From: Planctomycetota bacterium
GTDB taxonomy: Bacteria > Planctomycetota > Planctomycetia > Pirellulales > Lacipirellulaceae
Length of the DNA stretch: 64,000 nt
Assembly: GCA_029259975.1 (NCBI GenBank)
Contig: JAJDEE010000089.1
Location: 1,083 to 65,082 of the forward strand
Reading direction: 5' to 3'
The notes under the pieces were generated by a model, which saw nothing but the letters and a program-made list of their open reading frames with translations, did no database searches and was not told where the DNA came from. Position numbers and translations under genes: made by a program. Below, piece after piece: positions 39,433 to 49,584 of the stretch. The first letter of the stretch is position 1. Each line of letters begins with the position of its first letter.

Positions 39433-40080
39433 TTAGCAGGACGAGCCTCGCCGCAAAGTCGATAAACCGATGCCGCCCAGCAAGGACAGCAGCATGGTCG
39501 AGGGTTCAGGGACATTGGTGGTAGGGAATTCTAGCAATGATGTTACCAGCGTGTTTGGCCCCACAAATTGCGATGTCATGGGACCGAGCTGCTTATCAAT
39601 CTCAAGCACGTCGCCCGGAAGCACTGGCTGAGAAAAAGTGTCGAGATCGAGCACCGTTCCGCTTCCGCTGATCGTCGTGTTAAACGTAATCGATGTACCG
39701 TTGATCCGCATATCCGTGACGCTCCCCCACGAGGCACTGTGCGAACCGTTATTCAAGTTGATCTCGTGCCAGTCGGTCCAGGGCTCTGTGCCAATGTTTT
39801 GGATTGTCTCTCGGAAGAACAAGCTGCCCCCGCCGTAACCGCTAACAGGACCGGCCGAGATGGCCTTCCGCCAAGGACCACCGCTCGCGTCCAGATCGAT
39901 GGGAATGGGTCCAGGACCGTTAATGATATCATTGGGACCGCCGATCCATGCAATGTTTGAACTGGGATCGATGATATGTGCCGTTGATGGCGACGTGGCC
40001 GTGCCTTGGGCGAAAGTCGAGGAACTCAACAACATCAAAGCAACCATTTGCGACATCAAGACTGTTCGGAAGCTAAACAT
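39433..40080 (-). CDS. PEP-CTERM protein
   Basis: GGAG RBS, signal peptide, N.G..PWTDWHE, VPEPST tail. Confidence 0.88.
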   Translation of the reverse strand: MFSFRTVLMSQMVALMLLSSSTFAQGTATSPSTAHIIDPSSNIAWIGGPNDIINGPGPIPIDLDASGGPWRKAISAGPVSGYGGGSLFFRETIQNIGTEPWTDWHEINLNNGSHSASWGSVTDMRINGTSITFNTTISGSGTVLDLDTFSQPVLPGDVLEIDKQLGPMTSQFVGPNTLVTSLLEFPTTNVPEPSTMLLSLLGGIGLSTLRRGSSC

Positions 40081-40104
40081 TGGAAATCTCCAAAAAAGAA
40101 GGAA

Positions 40105-40794
40105 TTAACGTCGGATTGTTTTCAGCGAAGCCAACCCAAGTAACAACAGCGCAATGCTGGACGGTTCGGGCACCACTGCCACAGGAAACTGCCGAAGGGT
40201 GAACGACGTGATACCGTCGGGAACATCGATGTGGAAGACAAACGGCTCGTTGTACAAAAAATCGGGTTGACCCGGCCCGCCATCGGCATCTATCACATCT
40301 TCCGAAGGAGCGACAGCAGGAAACGAGAATAGTGGAGCAGGATCAAACGAAATGATCGAATCAAAAAAAGGTGCATCAAAGTCGAGTCCATCGCCCGAGG
40401 GGGACATCACAAAATCGGCCCCTGTGCCAAACCCAAGTTGAACGTGGTAGCTGGACCAATCCAACCCCGTATTGTTTTGCACACCTTCGATAATCGCGTA
40501 CTCCGTGACGCCACCCGAATCCATGACCGTAAATTCAATGTCGATGAAGGTCACGCCTTTATAGTCTTTCTGTAACACCTTCAACTCGTTGACCTCGCCT
40601 ACGACATCGTCGTTATTCGGGAATGGTGGCGGATTGGTAACTGCGATCCCAGCAATCGAGACAATACCATCAGTCCAAGCGAAGCCGGTGATTTTGCCGG
40701 CTTGAACTGGATCACCGATCAAGGTAATCGCAGCAAACAACAAAGTCGCCGCTATACGCATGGTTAACTTTTTGTAACTGACTGAAAAAAACAT
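40105..40794 (-). CDS. PEP-CTERM protein (choice-of-anchor F-like core)
   Basis: SGGVTEY...EGVQNNTG.DW..YH.QLGFG.G, DGLDFD, FTLRQFP, VPEPSS. Confidence 0.85.
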   Translation of the reverse strand: MFFSVSYKKLTMRIAATLLFAAITLIGDPVQAGKITGFAWTDGIVSIAGIAVTNPPPFPNNDDVVGEVNELKVLQKDYKGVTFIDIEFTVMDSGGVTEYAIIEGVQNNTGLDWSSYHVQLGFGTGADFVMSPSGDGLDFDAPFFDSIISFDPAPLFSFPAVAPSEDVIDADGGPGQPDFLYNEPFVFHIDVPDGITSFTLRQFPVAVVPEPSSIALLLLGLASLKTIRR

Positions 40795-40855
40795 CGGAGA
40801 CCCTTTGGGAAAGTGACTTGGAACTGTATTTCTTACCGCGGTTTAAGAATTCGCT

Positions 40856-41782
40856 CTACTGGCGGGGTCGACGCAAGAGCAGACCACCGACCGATCCCAA
40901 CATTACGAGTAACGCTGTCGAAGGCTCAGGGATTGCACGGACAGACATCTCGAAATCGTCGAGCGACCAAATTTTGGCGTTATTGACACCCGCAGTACTC
41001 TCGAAGCGCAGTTCGGTAAGGTTACTCATCGGTGAAATCAACGGTGCGCTGCTCACCAAACTCGTCAGCGTGCCTGCTTCGAAAACATCAATCGAAACCG
41101 TCTGCAAATTCAAGTCGAGAGTGACATCCCAGCGATGATACGTGCTGGGATTGACCGACACGGTCGACTGAATCCAACTCCCTACGTTAGTCGCTGCAAA
41201 GTCGGTCGTGGTCCCAGGCTGTCGGTAACCGACTTCGAGTCCCAGGTTGCCGCTGCTATCGTAAAAAGAAACCGTGTCGCCGATCGTGCCAGCGCCAAGT
41301 CCGCCACCTTCGCCTGTCCCAAAAATGCGGGCACACGACCAAAACGACACCTGCACTACATCGCCACCAGTCGAGGCTGGGCTGACACCGCCCAGATCAA
41401 AATTGTCGAGCATGTAAGAGTATTCCTGCGCTCCGCCAGCCCAACCATCGGCGTTGGTGGTAATGACCAAGCCAAGATCTGAGGAACTAGGGTTCGTACG
41501 ATCTCTGCCAAAGTGTCCCGTGGCATACGATACTCCTCCAGCAGTTCCAGGTGTGGGAAAAAGAGGCCCCTGAAGTTTGGTCCACAGGCCAGTGTTGTCC
41601 GGAATATTGACATAGGTGCCGCCGCCCGCGTTGACGCCGTACTGTCCGGCGTTGTAGGTGGCAACATCATTCAGAAAGTCTTCGTACCCATCGATCGGCT
41701 CAAAGCCGCCCAAGTAGGCCTTGGCAGTCATCGGAGTCATCAACGTAACGATTGCGATTGCGAAAAAAGTAAAGTATCTCAT
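40856..41782 (-). CDS. PEP-CTERM protein
   Basis: AAGGA RBS before MRYFTF; signal peptide; IPEPST tail. Confidence 0.88.
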   Translation of the reverse strand: MRYFTFFAIAIVTLMTPMTAKAYLGGFEPIDGYEDFLNDVATYNAGQYGVNAGGGTYVNIPDNTGLWTKLQGPLFPTPGTAGGVSYATGHFGRDRTNPSSSDLGLVITTNADGWAGGAQEYSYMLDNFDLGGVSPASTGGDVVQVSFWSCARIFGTGEGGGLGAGTIGDTVSFYDSSGNLGLEVGYRQPGTTTDFAATNVGSWIQSTVSVNPSTYHRWDVTLDLNLQTVSIDVFEAGTLTSLVSSAPLISPMSNLTELRFESTAGVNNAKIWSLDDFEMSVRAIPEPSTALLVMLGSVGGLLLRRPRQ

Positions 41783-41906
41783 GAGATCATTCCTTAAATA
41801 ATTGGTTGGAATTAGAAAAAGCGAGAGAACAGTAGCCATCACGATCCGCATGATAAGCGGAAGAACATGACTTGCGGTTGTCAACAGAGCGTGTCGACTA
41901 CAATAA

Positions 41907-42611
41907 CTAACAGGCCGACTTGCGGAACATGGAAGCTGCCGCCAAGCCAAGCACCATCAACAAACAGGCCGATGGTTCAGGAATCTGTGTGATACCGATG
42001 ATGCTGCCCGAAGAAGTTATGAAACCCGCAGCACCCGGTCCCGAAGCGTTGCCAACACCTAGCGAATTGATCGCGGCAGGCGAGAGACCCAACAAGTTGG
42101 TATAGTCTTGCAGTATGAACCGCCATGACTCATTACTTTCCCAGATGCCGTCGGGTGTGATGCTTTCAAAAATCAACGAGTGGTTAATGCCACCTGGATC
42201 TAAAATATCGTTGTCAATCCGAAAGGCTTCTTGGAGCGGCGCGAAGGTGATGTCGTTGGCTTCACCATCGTAGTTGGTGATGGTGGTCTCTGGATTGGCG
42301 ACGTACCAAACTTCGAGCCAATCTCTTCCCGAGAGGTTCCTGATCTCGACGACAGGATCGGCAAAACCAGCAATGTCTGACGTGGGACAGGGAGCAAAGT
42401 TGGCTGACCCCTGATCGGTCGCAAACAAGGCTTCGTCAGCGGGAAATACGCCTACATTGCCAATTTCGTCGACGTTTTCGGGAATGAAAAGTGTGTCGCA
42501 CCCCGGCGTGTCCAAGTGGACTACCTTCGTTGGCAAGGCCTGAGCCTGACTAGCAAATGTGACCACAGCGAGGGAGCTTAGCAGGGACAACGTTTTTTTG
42601 AATGTGAACAT
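41907..42611 (-). CDS. PEP-CTERM protein
   Basis: AGGAG RBS before MFTFKK; signal peptide; IPEPSA tail. Confidence 0.88.
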   Translation of the reverse strand: MFTFKKTLSLLSSLAVVTFASQAQALPTKVVHLDTPGCDTLFIPENVDEIGNVGVFPADEALFATDQGSANFAPCPTSDIAGFADPVVEIRNLSGRDWLEVWYVANPETTITNYDGEANDITFAPLQEAFRIDNDILDPGGINHSLIFESITPDGIWESNESWRFILQDYTNLLGLSPAAINSLGVGNASGPGAAGFITSSGSIIGITQIPEPSACLLMVLGLAAASMFRKSAC

Positions 42612-42710
42612 GATAGTTCTCCTGAAGTAATTAAGTGGTAAAAATAAAGTCAACGTGAACAACTTGAAAAACTGCGGAAGCATTCCGCATTAAATGAACT
42701 TGGAGAGACC

Positions 42711-42911
42711 TTACATGCGTCTACCTCCTGACTTCGCTGATGCTCGTCGCCGCTGAAACACAAACGTCAACCCACTCAGGCTAGTCATGGCAGGAGTTGC
42801 CGGCTCAGAAATGGGATCGAAGGTGTAAACAGTCTGCGGCACAATCGGCAGCGTTTGGACCAAGTGATTGTGATTCTCGTTCATACTCGTTGGAAAAATC
42901 GACATGGGCAC
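42711..42911 (-). pseudogene. Short ORF ending in a degenerate PEP-CTERM-like tail (probable remnant)
   Basis: ...ISEPATPAMTSLSGLTFVFQRRR; no signal peptide. Confidence 0.4.
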
Positions 42912-42948
42912 CGAGTTGATCAGTGCATTTGCGGGGTTGAGGAACTAA

Positions 42949-43173
42949 CTAAGATTGCCACCTGCGGGCGTGCCGAAACGACATGCCGCCGCAATGCTGT
43001 GGAGCCCGACGTATGCGGTTCGGCGTCTTATTACGTCGTCGGCCACGAACTGCCGATCGACACCGCCCGGCGGGCATAGGGCTTTCGCGTTGTGGGCGAA
43101 TTCGCTCGAAAGTTTCGTGTTCGCCGTAGTTATCATCTAAGTCAAACGCTTCGCTGTTGTTGAAATTAACCAT
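42949..43173 (-). CDS. Small protein with acidic N-terminus and Arg-rich C-terminus
   Basis: AAGGAG RBS 6 nt before the ATG; 74 aa. Confidence 0.65.
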   Translation of the reverse strand: MVNFNNSEAFDLDDNYGEHETFERIRPQRESPMPAGRCRSAVRGRRRNKTPNRIRRAPQHCGGMSFRHARRWQS

Positions 43174-43209
43174 GAGTCACTCCTTAGATGGAAGGGTTAA
43201 GTGTTTGGA

Positions 43210-43689
43210 TCAAGAAAGGTGTTGTTGCGTAGTAGACCTGACGTCACGCGACGCATGACTAGTTGGTGCGGCGCGTGTGCTTGGCGGTCCGTGGGCCAAG
43301 TGATCGCGATCGAGGGGCTTATGAAAGCAGGCAAAGCACGGCAGCCAAGCAGCCTGCGGTGGCTTACAGCCGTAAAGAGTGGAGCCAAGCTGACGAGCAG
43401 AAAGTTCTTCGGCTTGGTCGTAGACGTCGCCGACTAAGATGCAAGCAACGTTGGGATCTCGACTGCGAACGAGAGCAAGAAGTTCTGCGCCTGTCATATC
43501 GGGCAGATGGAAGTTGATAAGCCAGAGTCCCCGCGGTGATTTGCGTGGAAGTCGCAACGCTTCGTCACCGGTAGTGGCGTAAAGAAAGCGGAATTCAGTA
43601 GCTTCCACCTCGCTCGCCATCGCCAAGTAGTCGTCCGGACGCGGATCGACCACCAGTAAATCTGTGGTTCTGATTGTCGTGATTGGCAT
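43210..43689 (-). CDS. Stand-alone, atypical response-regulator receiver domain
   Basis: LLVVD, A.TG.EAL, LIN..LPDMTG.EL (Asn at the phospho-Asp position), KPP. Confidence 0.75.
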   Translation of the reverse strand: MPITTIRTTDLLVVDPRPDDYLAMASEVEATEFRFLYATTGDEALRLPRKSPRGLWLINFHLPDMTGAELLALVRSRDPNVACILVGDVYDQAEELSARQLGSTLYGCKPPQAAWLPCFACFHKPLDRDHLAHGPPSTRAAPTSHASRDVRSTTQQHLS

Positions 43690-43762
43690 TAGTTCAACTC
43701 AATTGCAAAAGTGTGATTTGCTAGTCGGACTCAACGAGATCGACTTCAACGCAGGGACTTAA

Positions 43763-43778
43763 TGCAATACGCGGACCA
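43763..43778 (-). promoter_or_regulatory. Putative sigma-54 (-24/-12) promoter
   Basis: Minus strand TGGTCCGCGTATTGCA has GG and GC exactly 12 bp apart; about 75 bp upstream of the receiver gene. Confidence 0.7.
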
Positions 43779-43909
43779 AACCAACACGCAACCGCGCGCA
43801 ACTTGTCGTAACTCTTGGATACGTAACGAGAAGAAATTATTTCGTCGCTAAGGAAATTTCTCGTGATGTATTTACGCACTGAAAGACTGCCCGCAAACAA
43901 ACCAAAAGT

Positions 43910-43999
43910 GTTCGCAATCGGTTCGCAAACGCGTTCGCTTCAGCAACAGAGTTGTCCGCATTCGGACAAGATGACGCAAAAATTCCGATCGGATTTTTG
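43910..43999. promoter_or_regulatory. Candidate upstream activator (enhancer) sites
   Basis: GTTCGC x3 at 11-12-bp spacing (43910, 43921, 43933); palindromes TTGTCCG-CATT-CGGACAA (43952-43969) and TCCGATCGGA. Confidence 0.45.
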
Positions 44000-44080
44000 G
44001 GGACGCACGCTAATGGAAATGATTACGCACAGAAAGCGTCTGACAATACATCACAGTATTGAAAACGCATTGCCGACTAC

Positions 44081-45148
44081 TTATTTACGAAGCGGTTTGC
44101 CAGGTAAACGCGGGACTTGGATAGCAAACTTTTTCATCAATCGAATAAGAGATTGACGACTGATGCCTAACAGCCGCGCGGCTGCACTTTGGTTGTAATA
44201 CGTATATTCGAGCGTATAAAGCAAGTGATCGCGTTCCAGCTTCGCCAGCGTGGGCCAAGGGCTTTCGTCGTCGATCTGCCCAGGGCTGGAAAAAATTGCC
44301 GGCAAAGTGCCCAGCGGATCTGCTGGACCCTCGCGTAAAACGCCCTCACCACGGTCAGCATGCGGCAGTAATTGTTGGACGAACAGCAACGTCAGTAACT
44401 CGGTATCACTGGCAATGACTGCTTGCTCAAGAAAGTTTTTCAATTGCCGCACGTTGCCCGGCCAATGATAATTTCGTATCGCTTCTAACGCGCCGGGAGA
44501 AAGCGTACACATCGGCAGGCCTTGCTGGGCCAGACTCACCAAGAAACTTTGCGCCAGTTCAGGAATGTCGTCCTTTCGCTCGCGTAAAGGTAATGTCCTG
44601 ATAGAAACGACATTGAGCCGATAGTAGAGATCTTCGCGAAACCGACCGGCAGCAACTTCTTGCGTTAAGTCACGGTTCGTCGCTGCCACAATACGCACAT
44701 CGACGGGCTGTCCTTCGTGGCTACCCACCGGCGTGACAATTCGCTCTTGCACGGTGCGTAGCAGCCGGGCCTGTAACGGTAATTCTAATTCGCCGATTTC
44801 GTCGAGGAAAATAGTGCCACGATCGGCGGCGCGAAAACAACCGAGAGCCGCGTAGCTTGCACCTGTAAAAGCACCTTCCACATGCCCAAAGAGCTGGCTG
44901 GCCATCAGCTCGCCCAGCAGCGAGGCACAATCGACGGGGATAAACAGCCCCGCAGCACGAGAACTTTGAGCGTGCAAAGCACGAGCAACCAACTCTTTGC
45001 CCGAACCACTAGGACCGGTGATCAGCACACTCGAGTCGAACGGCGCGACCCGGGAAATCTCTGCTCGCAATCGTTCTGTCGGCACACTCGTGCCAACGAT
45101 TTCATAGGACGGATTGCCCTTGTCCAAGATATTGTTCGAGATCGTCAT
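44081..45148 (-). CDS. Sigma-54-dependent enhancer-binding protein (AAA+ and Fis HTH) without an N-terminal regulatory domain
   Basis: GPSGSGKE, GAFTGA, FLDEIGE, FREDLYYRL, WPGNVRQL, NQSAAARLLGISR. Only a short peptide precedes the AAA+ domain. Confidence 0.92.
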   Translation of the reverse strand: MTISNNILDKGNPSYEIVGTSVPTERLRAEISRVAPFDSSVLITGPSGSGKELVARALHAQSSRAAGLFIPVDCASLLGELMASQLFGHVEGAFTGASYAALGCFRAADRGTIFLDEIGELELPLQARLLRTVQERIVTPVGSHEGQPVDVRIVAATNRDLTQEVAAGRFREDLYYRLNVVSIRTLPLRERKDDIPELAQSFLVSLAQQGLPMCTLSPGALEAIRNYHWPGNVRQLKNFLEQAVIASDTELLTLLFVQQLLPHADRGEGVLREGPADPLGTLPAIFSSPGQIDDESPWPTLAKLERDHLLYTLEYTYYNQSAAARLLGISRQSLIRLMKKFAIQVPRLPGKPLRK

Positions 45149-45463
45149 AATAGCCGCACCTAGAAGTTTGATCAAAGGAGTTCAAACAACCACTCGGCAC
45201 GGACCAAACCGGTCGCGCATACAGAGGATGCCCTCTGCAAAATCTTCAGACGAAGACCGACGACGAATCGTTAGAGATGAGACCCCATTTGATGGCCCGC
45301 CGTGCCGCACTCCCCCAACTCTGTGCTCCAACCCTGAACCTAGAAGACGAAGTCGCTACCCGTAAAAAACCCCTTTTCTACGGTTTCGTAACAGTGACCT
45401 CAACAACATCGTAACAAAGGCGCGCATCAGAAACCAGTAATTCGGTTGTTTTTTTGTTTTTTT

Positions 45464-47509
45464 TCAGCTCTGCAAAGCCCCATAGTTCACTTCCGCGCGT
45501 CGGCACTCGGGCAGCGACTCCAAAAATACCCGTCCGTACGATTTCGTCCGTATCCGAGGATCGAGAATAACGACCTTCCCCCGGTCGCTTTGGCTGCGGA
45601 TCAAACGGCCGAAACCTTGCTTTAGCTTGATGACCGCCTCGGGAAGTTGGTACTCGCTAAACGGTTGGCCGCCGGCGGCGCGGATTGCTTCGAGTCGCGC
45701 TTCCAACAGCGGACGGTCGGGCACGCCGAAGGGCAGCTTGGTGATCATCACCAATTGCAGCGCGTCGCCCGGCACGTCAACACCTTGCCAAAAGCTATCG
45801 GTGCCGAGCAGTACGGCGCGCGAGTCTTTTTTGAACAGCTCAATCATCTGCGTCCGAGGTGTGCCATCGGCTTGGTTCAACAAGTTGAGATTGTTCGACC
45901 GCAGCCACGACGACAAGCTTGAGCCAACGCGGCGCATCATTTCGTAGCTGGTGAACAACACAAACGCGTGCCCGTCCGACTCACGCACAAAGTGCTGAAT
46001 CATTTCGACGCACGCGCGTTCGTAGGCTTCGCGTTCGCTGCTCGGGTCGGGCATCCCACGGATCGTCACCAGCTCGGCCTGTTCTTGGTAATCGAAGGGA
46101 CTGTCGAGCCGCAAGGTTTTGCTCTTCACCAGCCCAACTCGATCGCAAAAAAAGTCGAACGAATCGTTCTTGCCAATCGCTAACGTTGCGCTCGTGAGAA
46201 TCGCCGTGGGCACCTCATTAAAAAGTTGTTCACGGAGGGCGGGGCCAACATCGATGGGGGCGGCAGAAAGAGTGAGTCGCGACACGCCACGTCGCGTCAT
46301 AAAACTATCGAGCCAGTAAACGGCAGAATCAATCTTTTGCCGGTGCCAAGTATTCAGCTCGCCCGCCAGTGCAGTTAGCCGATCGTGTGCCGCGATAAAG
46401 TCTTGCCGCTCCGACTCTTCATTCTGGGCATCGCCGGCCTTTTTGACTTCGCGGGCAAGTGATTGCAGCTCGCCACTCAGCCGGTTGGCGATATCAAGCG
46501 GCAGTCCAACTCGCCCATTGCTCGGTGCTTTCGATTCTCGCCAGTCCATCAGATCTGCAAAAAATTCGTCCGCCGCGATGCGACAACCATCGGCCATCTG
46601 CTGCAACTCACGCATGTTGTGATGCACCAGCAAACCCTTTTGAGTGCGATCATTGTACAGCCGGCCAAGCACATACTCGATTTGACCACTGGTCAGCCGA
46701 ATCCCCAGATGGTCGGCGGCGACCGACTCGATCGTATGCGCTTCGTCGAGCACGACCACATCGTAATCGGGCAAAATACTCACTCCGCTTCGGCGCAGCG
46801 CCAAGTCGCTGAAAAACAGGGCGTGGTTCACAATCATCAACTGGGCGTGCTGCACGCGTCGACGATCTTGATAATAAAAACATTTTTTGTGCGTCGGACA
46901 CCGGCGACCCAAGCAGTTGCCATGATCGCTAGCCACCTCATCCCACACTTGCGGAAACGGCTGATAGGGCAAATCGCTCAGCGACCCGTCACTCGTCTGC
47001 TCGCTCCAGGTTTTCAGGTCTCGCAGTTGATCGGCCAAATCGAACTTATCGAACAAACTGTGGCTACGCTGCAACGCCGTATGCAGCCGTCGCAAACTGA
47101 GGTAATTCCGTCGCCCCTTGACCAACACCGCCGAAAACTCGCGTGGAATCACGCTGTTCAGCAGCGGAATGTCCTTAGCAATCAACTGCTCTTGCAGGCT
47201 GATCGTATGCGTCGAAATCACCACCCGCAACGGCCGTTTCGGTTTGTTATCGTCAGGCTTTTTGGCACCTTGCGTTTTCCCCTCCGGCTGTGGCTTCGTC
47301 GCTGCCAAGATCGCCGGCACCAGATACGCAAAACTTTTGCCCACGCCTGTGCCCGCCTCGACAACCAAATGCTCCTTCGCCGCAATCGCCTTCGCTACGG
47401 CATCGGCCATGTCTAGTTGCTGCGGCCGCTGTTCGTAGTTTTGCAACCGGCGCGCGATCGAGCCCTCGGGACCCAAGATATCGGTGACGGAGAGATTAGC
47501 ATTTTCCAT
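45464..47509 (-). CDS. DinG/YoaA-family ATP-dependent helicase
   Basis: [49 protein letters not shown]. Confidence 0.95.
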   Translation of the reverse strand: MENANLSVTDILGPEGSIARRLQNYEQRPQQLDMADAVAKAIAAKEHLVVEAGTGVGKSFAYLVPAILAATKPQPEGKTQGAKKPDDNKPKRPLRVVISTHTISLQEQLIAKDIPLLNSVIPREFSAVLVKGRRNYLSLRRLHTALQRSHSLFDKFDLADQLRDLKTWSEQTSDGSLSDLPYQPFPQVWDEVASDHGNCLGRRCPTHKKCFYYQDRRRVQHAQLMIVNHALFFSDLALRRSGVSILPDYDVVVLDEAHTIESVAADHLGIRLTSGQIEYVLGRLYNDRTQKGLLVHHNMRELQQMADGCRIAADEFFADLMDWRESKAPSNGRVGLPLDIANRLSGELQSLAREVKKAGDAQNEESERQDFIAAHDRLTALAGELNTWHRQKIDSAVYWLDSFMTRRGVSRLTLSAAPIDVGPALREQLFNEVPTAILTSATLAIGKNDSFDFFCDRVGLVKSKTLRLDSPFDYQEQAELVTIRGMPDPSSEREAYERACVEMIQHFVRESDGHAFVLFTSYEMMRRVGSSLSSWLRSNNLNLLNQADGTPRTQMIELFKKDSRAVLLGTDSFWQGVDVPGDALQLVMITKLPFGVPDRPLLEARLEAIRAAGGQPFSEYQLPEAVIKLKQGFGRLIRSQSDRGKVVILDPRIRTKSYGRVFLESLPECRRAEVNYGALQS

Positions 47510-47518
47510 ACTGTCGAC

Positions 47519-48203
47519 TTACACATCCTGACACGGTTGCCACATCTGTTCGAGTTGGACGAGCGTCTCGGGCGATTCTTTAAGTTCACACAAGGGAGTA
47601 AGCTCCTTACGAATGAGGCCCATATCAAGGGAGGCCCTCTGACGATTAAAAATTCCTTCTACATCAAACCAATCTTGTGGACGTCCTGCAAAAGCCTTAA
47701 AGACAACGAGGTCTTCAGCAGACACCGTTAGCAACTCGACATCTTCATCAAAACGAAATAATGAACTGCGCATGATAGCGCTTCGCTCAAAATTAAAGGC
47801 ACCGAGCGATATATCGACGCCAAATCCTTTCTTCGAGGTTAACAACACAACACGACTCAATAAAGCGAACTCTTTCGCATCAGATCGTCTCGGAGTAAAA
47901 TTTTCAAGCAGGGCGTCAATAAGGCGAACGGCAAATGAGAATTTACCGTAGGATAGGCTTCCAGCCTGTCCGTGGTGCCTTGACCGACAGGCTGGAAGCC
48001 TATCCTACGGGTAAAAACCTATCTGCCGCTCGCCTAAAGGAAGCTTCGTTACCAAAATCTGTGAACAAACAGAGGTCGGCGTCGTTAGTCATGCGGGCGC
48101 GCCCCCAACGATTGACAGCGATGCCTCCGATAAACGCGAAACTCCATTCACGCTGTTCCAGGAATTCCTGTACCTCACGTGCAGCCTGCAGAACCTCGAT
48201 CAT
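47519..48203 (-). pseudogene. Nucleotidyltransferase-fold (AbiEii/DUF6036-like) gene interrupted by a MITE
   Basis: IGGIAV..WG.AR.T.DAD...AEDL..FK..AGRPQDW.DV. Removing the element plus one TAA copy restores ...NEASF-IDALLENF... in frame. Confidence 0.85.
47923..48034. mobile_element. MITE copy B (112 bp, 25-bp imperfect TIRs, TAA target duplication, internal GTAG REP doublet)
   Basis: TAA-GGCGAACGGCAAATGAGAATTTACC [REP doublet 47947-48009] GGTAAAAACCTATCTGCCGCTCGCC-TAA. Confidence 0.9.
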
Positions 48204-48427
48204 TTTCGCCCTTTCATGAAGAGGCACTGTTGCTCAACTAGGCCGCTTGTCTTGCTCTGAGTAGAATCCGGTCTGGCAAGCTCCAAGACATTTGCAACTG
48301 CATGAAGATGCTGCTCTTCGGTGAGTCGACGCTGCTCTTGTCGAGTCGCATGAGCCAACAATGGCCCCACACGTGCCCAGTGAGCGACAAATGCAGCGGC
48401 GTCTGAATTTTGAGTGGTTTCAGACAT
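48200..48427 (-). CDS. Small protein translationally coupled to the nucleotidyltransferase (possible antitoxin partner)
   Basis: 75 aa; ATGA overlap; W..VGP.L and SGLVEQQ..F motifs. Confidence 0.7.
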   Translation of the reverse strand: MSETTQNSDAAAFVAHWARVGPLLAHATRQEQRRLTEEQHLHAVANVLELARPDSTQSKTSGLVEQQCLFMKGRK

Positions 48428-48468
48428 GATACTTCCAAATATCCTCCATTGGATCAGCGAGCACGAGA

Positions 48469-49305
48469 TTACCGCAACTTCGCCGTAATCGCACCTTCGT
48501 CAGGGCTGCTCGCCGTCGCGTAGAGCTTCTTCGGTATCCGTCCCGACAAGTACGCCAGTCGCCCCGCCTCGAGGCCGAGCCGCATCGCGTCGGCCATCCG
48601 CAGCGGGTCTTGGGCGTGGGCAATCCCGGTGTTCAAAAGAATGCCATCGACGCCCAGTTCCATCGCTTGCGTCACGTCGCTCGCCGTGCCGACACCAGCG
48701 TCGACGATGACGGGATAGTCGGGGTCGCCTTCCTTGAGATATTCCAAGCAGATGCGAATGTTGTTCGGATTCAGCACACCTTGCCCCGAGCCGATCGGAC
48801 TTGCCGCAGGCATCACGCTCGTCGCACCCGCTTCTTTGAGCCGCCGGGCAATAATCGGATCGTCGGTCGAATAGCAAAGCACTTGAAATCCGTCCGCCAC
48901 GAGCCGCTCAGTTGCGTCGATCGTCGCCACGGGGTCCGGCAGCAATGTCTTCGTGTCCGCCAGTACTTCGAGCTTCACCCAATCGGCCCCTGGGTTTTCT
49001 AAGCCTAACAAAATCTCGCGCCCCAGCCGCGCGACCCGCACCGCATCGTCGGCGGTAAAACAGCCCGCTGTGTTCGGTAGCAGCGTGTAGCGGTCAGTAT
49101 CGATGAAATCGAGTAAGTTGTTGCCCTCGGCGTCGATCAACCGCTCGCGCCGCACCGCGACTGTGATGCAATCAGTCCCCGAACGCTGGAGCGACTCTTG
49201 CATGAGGTGATGCGAGGCGTATTTTCCGGTCCCCACAACAAGCCGACTTTGCAGTGTGTGGGTGCCGATGGTTAACGTGTCAGCGGTGGAAATATCTGTG
49301 GCCAT
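48469..49305 (-). CDS. thiG: Thiazole synthase
   Basis: [39 protein letters not shown]. Confidence 0.97.
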   Translation of the reverse strand: MATDISTADTLTIGTHTLQSRLVVGTGKYASHHLMQESLQRSGTDCITVAVRRERLIDAEGNNLLDFIDTDRYTLLPNTAGCFTADDAVRVARLGREILLGLENPGADWVKLEVLADTKTLLPDPVATIDATERLVADGFQVLCYSTDDPIIARRLKEAGATSVMPAASPIGSGQGVLNPNNIRICLEYLKEGDPDYPVIVDAGVGTASDVTQAMELGVDGILLNTGIAHAQDPLRMADAMRLGLEAGRLAYLSGRIPKKLYATASSPDEGAITAKLR

Positions 49306-49363
49306 AATTAATTAGTGATCTTTAAGGGCGTTCATAAATATGGAATCTTACCTCTAACATTCC

Positions 49364-49564
49364 TCATCCGCCGCCGACGAGCGTGACGACCTCCAGCCGG
49401 TCGCCGTCAGCAAGCGGTGTCTGGGCATGTTCGGCGCGTGGCACCAATTCTAAGTTGCGCTCGACAGCCAAATAGCGAGGGTCGAGTTTCATTTGCTTGA
49501 GTAACTCGGCTATCGACATTCCGGCCTCGACTTCGCGCTGCTCGCCGTTCACTTGAATTTGCAT
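49364..49564 (-). CDS. thiS: Sulfur carrier protein ThiS
   Basis: I.VNGE, AVERN..LVP, C-terminal VGGG. Confidence 0.95.
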   Translation of the reverse strand: MQIQVNGEQREVEAGMSIAELLKQMKLDPRYLAVERNLELVPRAEHAQTPLADGDRLEVVTLVGGG

Positions 49565-49584
49565 CGCCAACACCTCACCTAAAC

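Noticed and set aside
45464-47509. DinG as a type IV CRISPR or defence-associated helicase
   Set aside because: No cas or defence genes nearby; it looks like the ordinary chromosomal DinG/YoaA.
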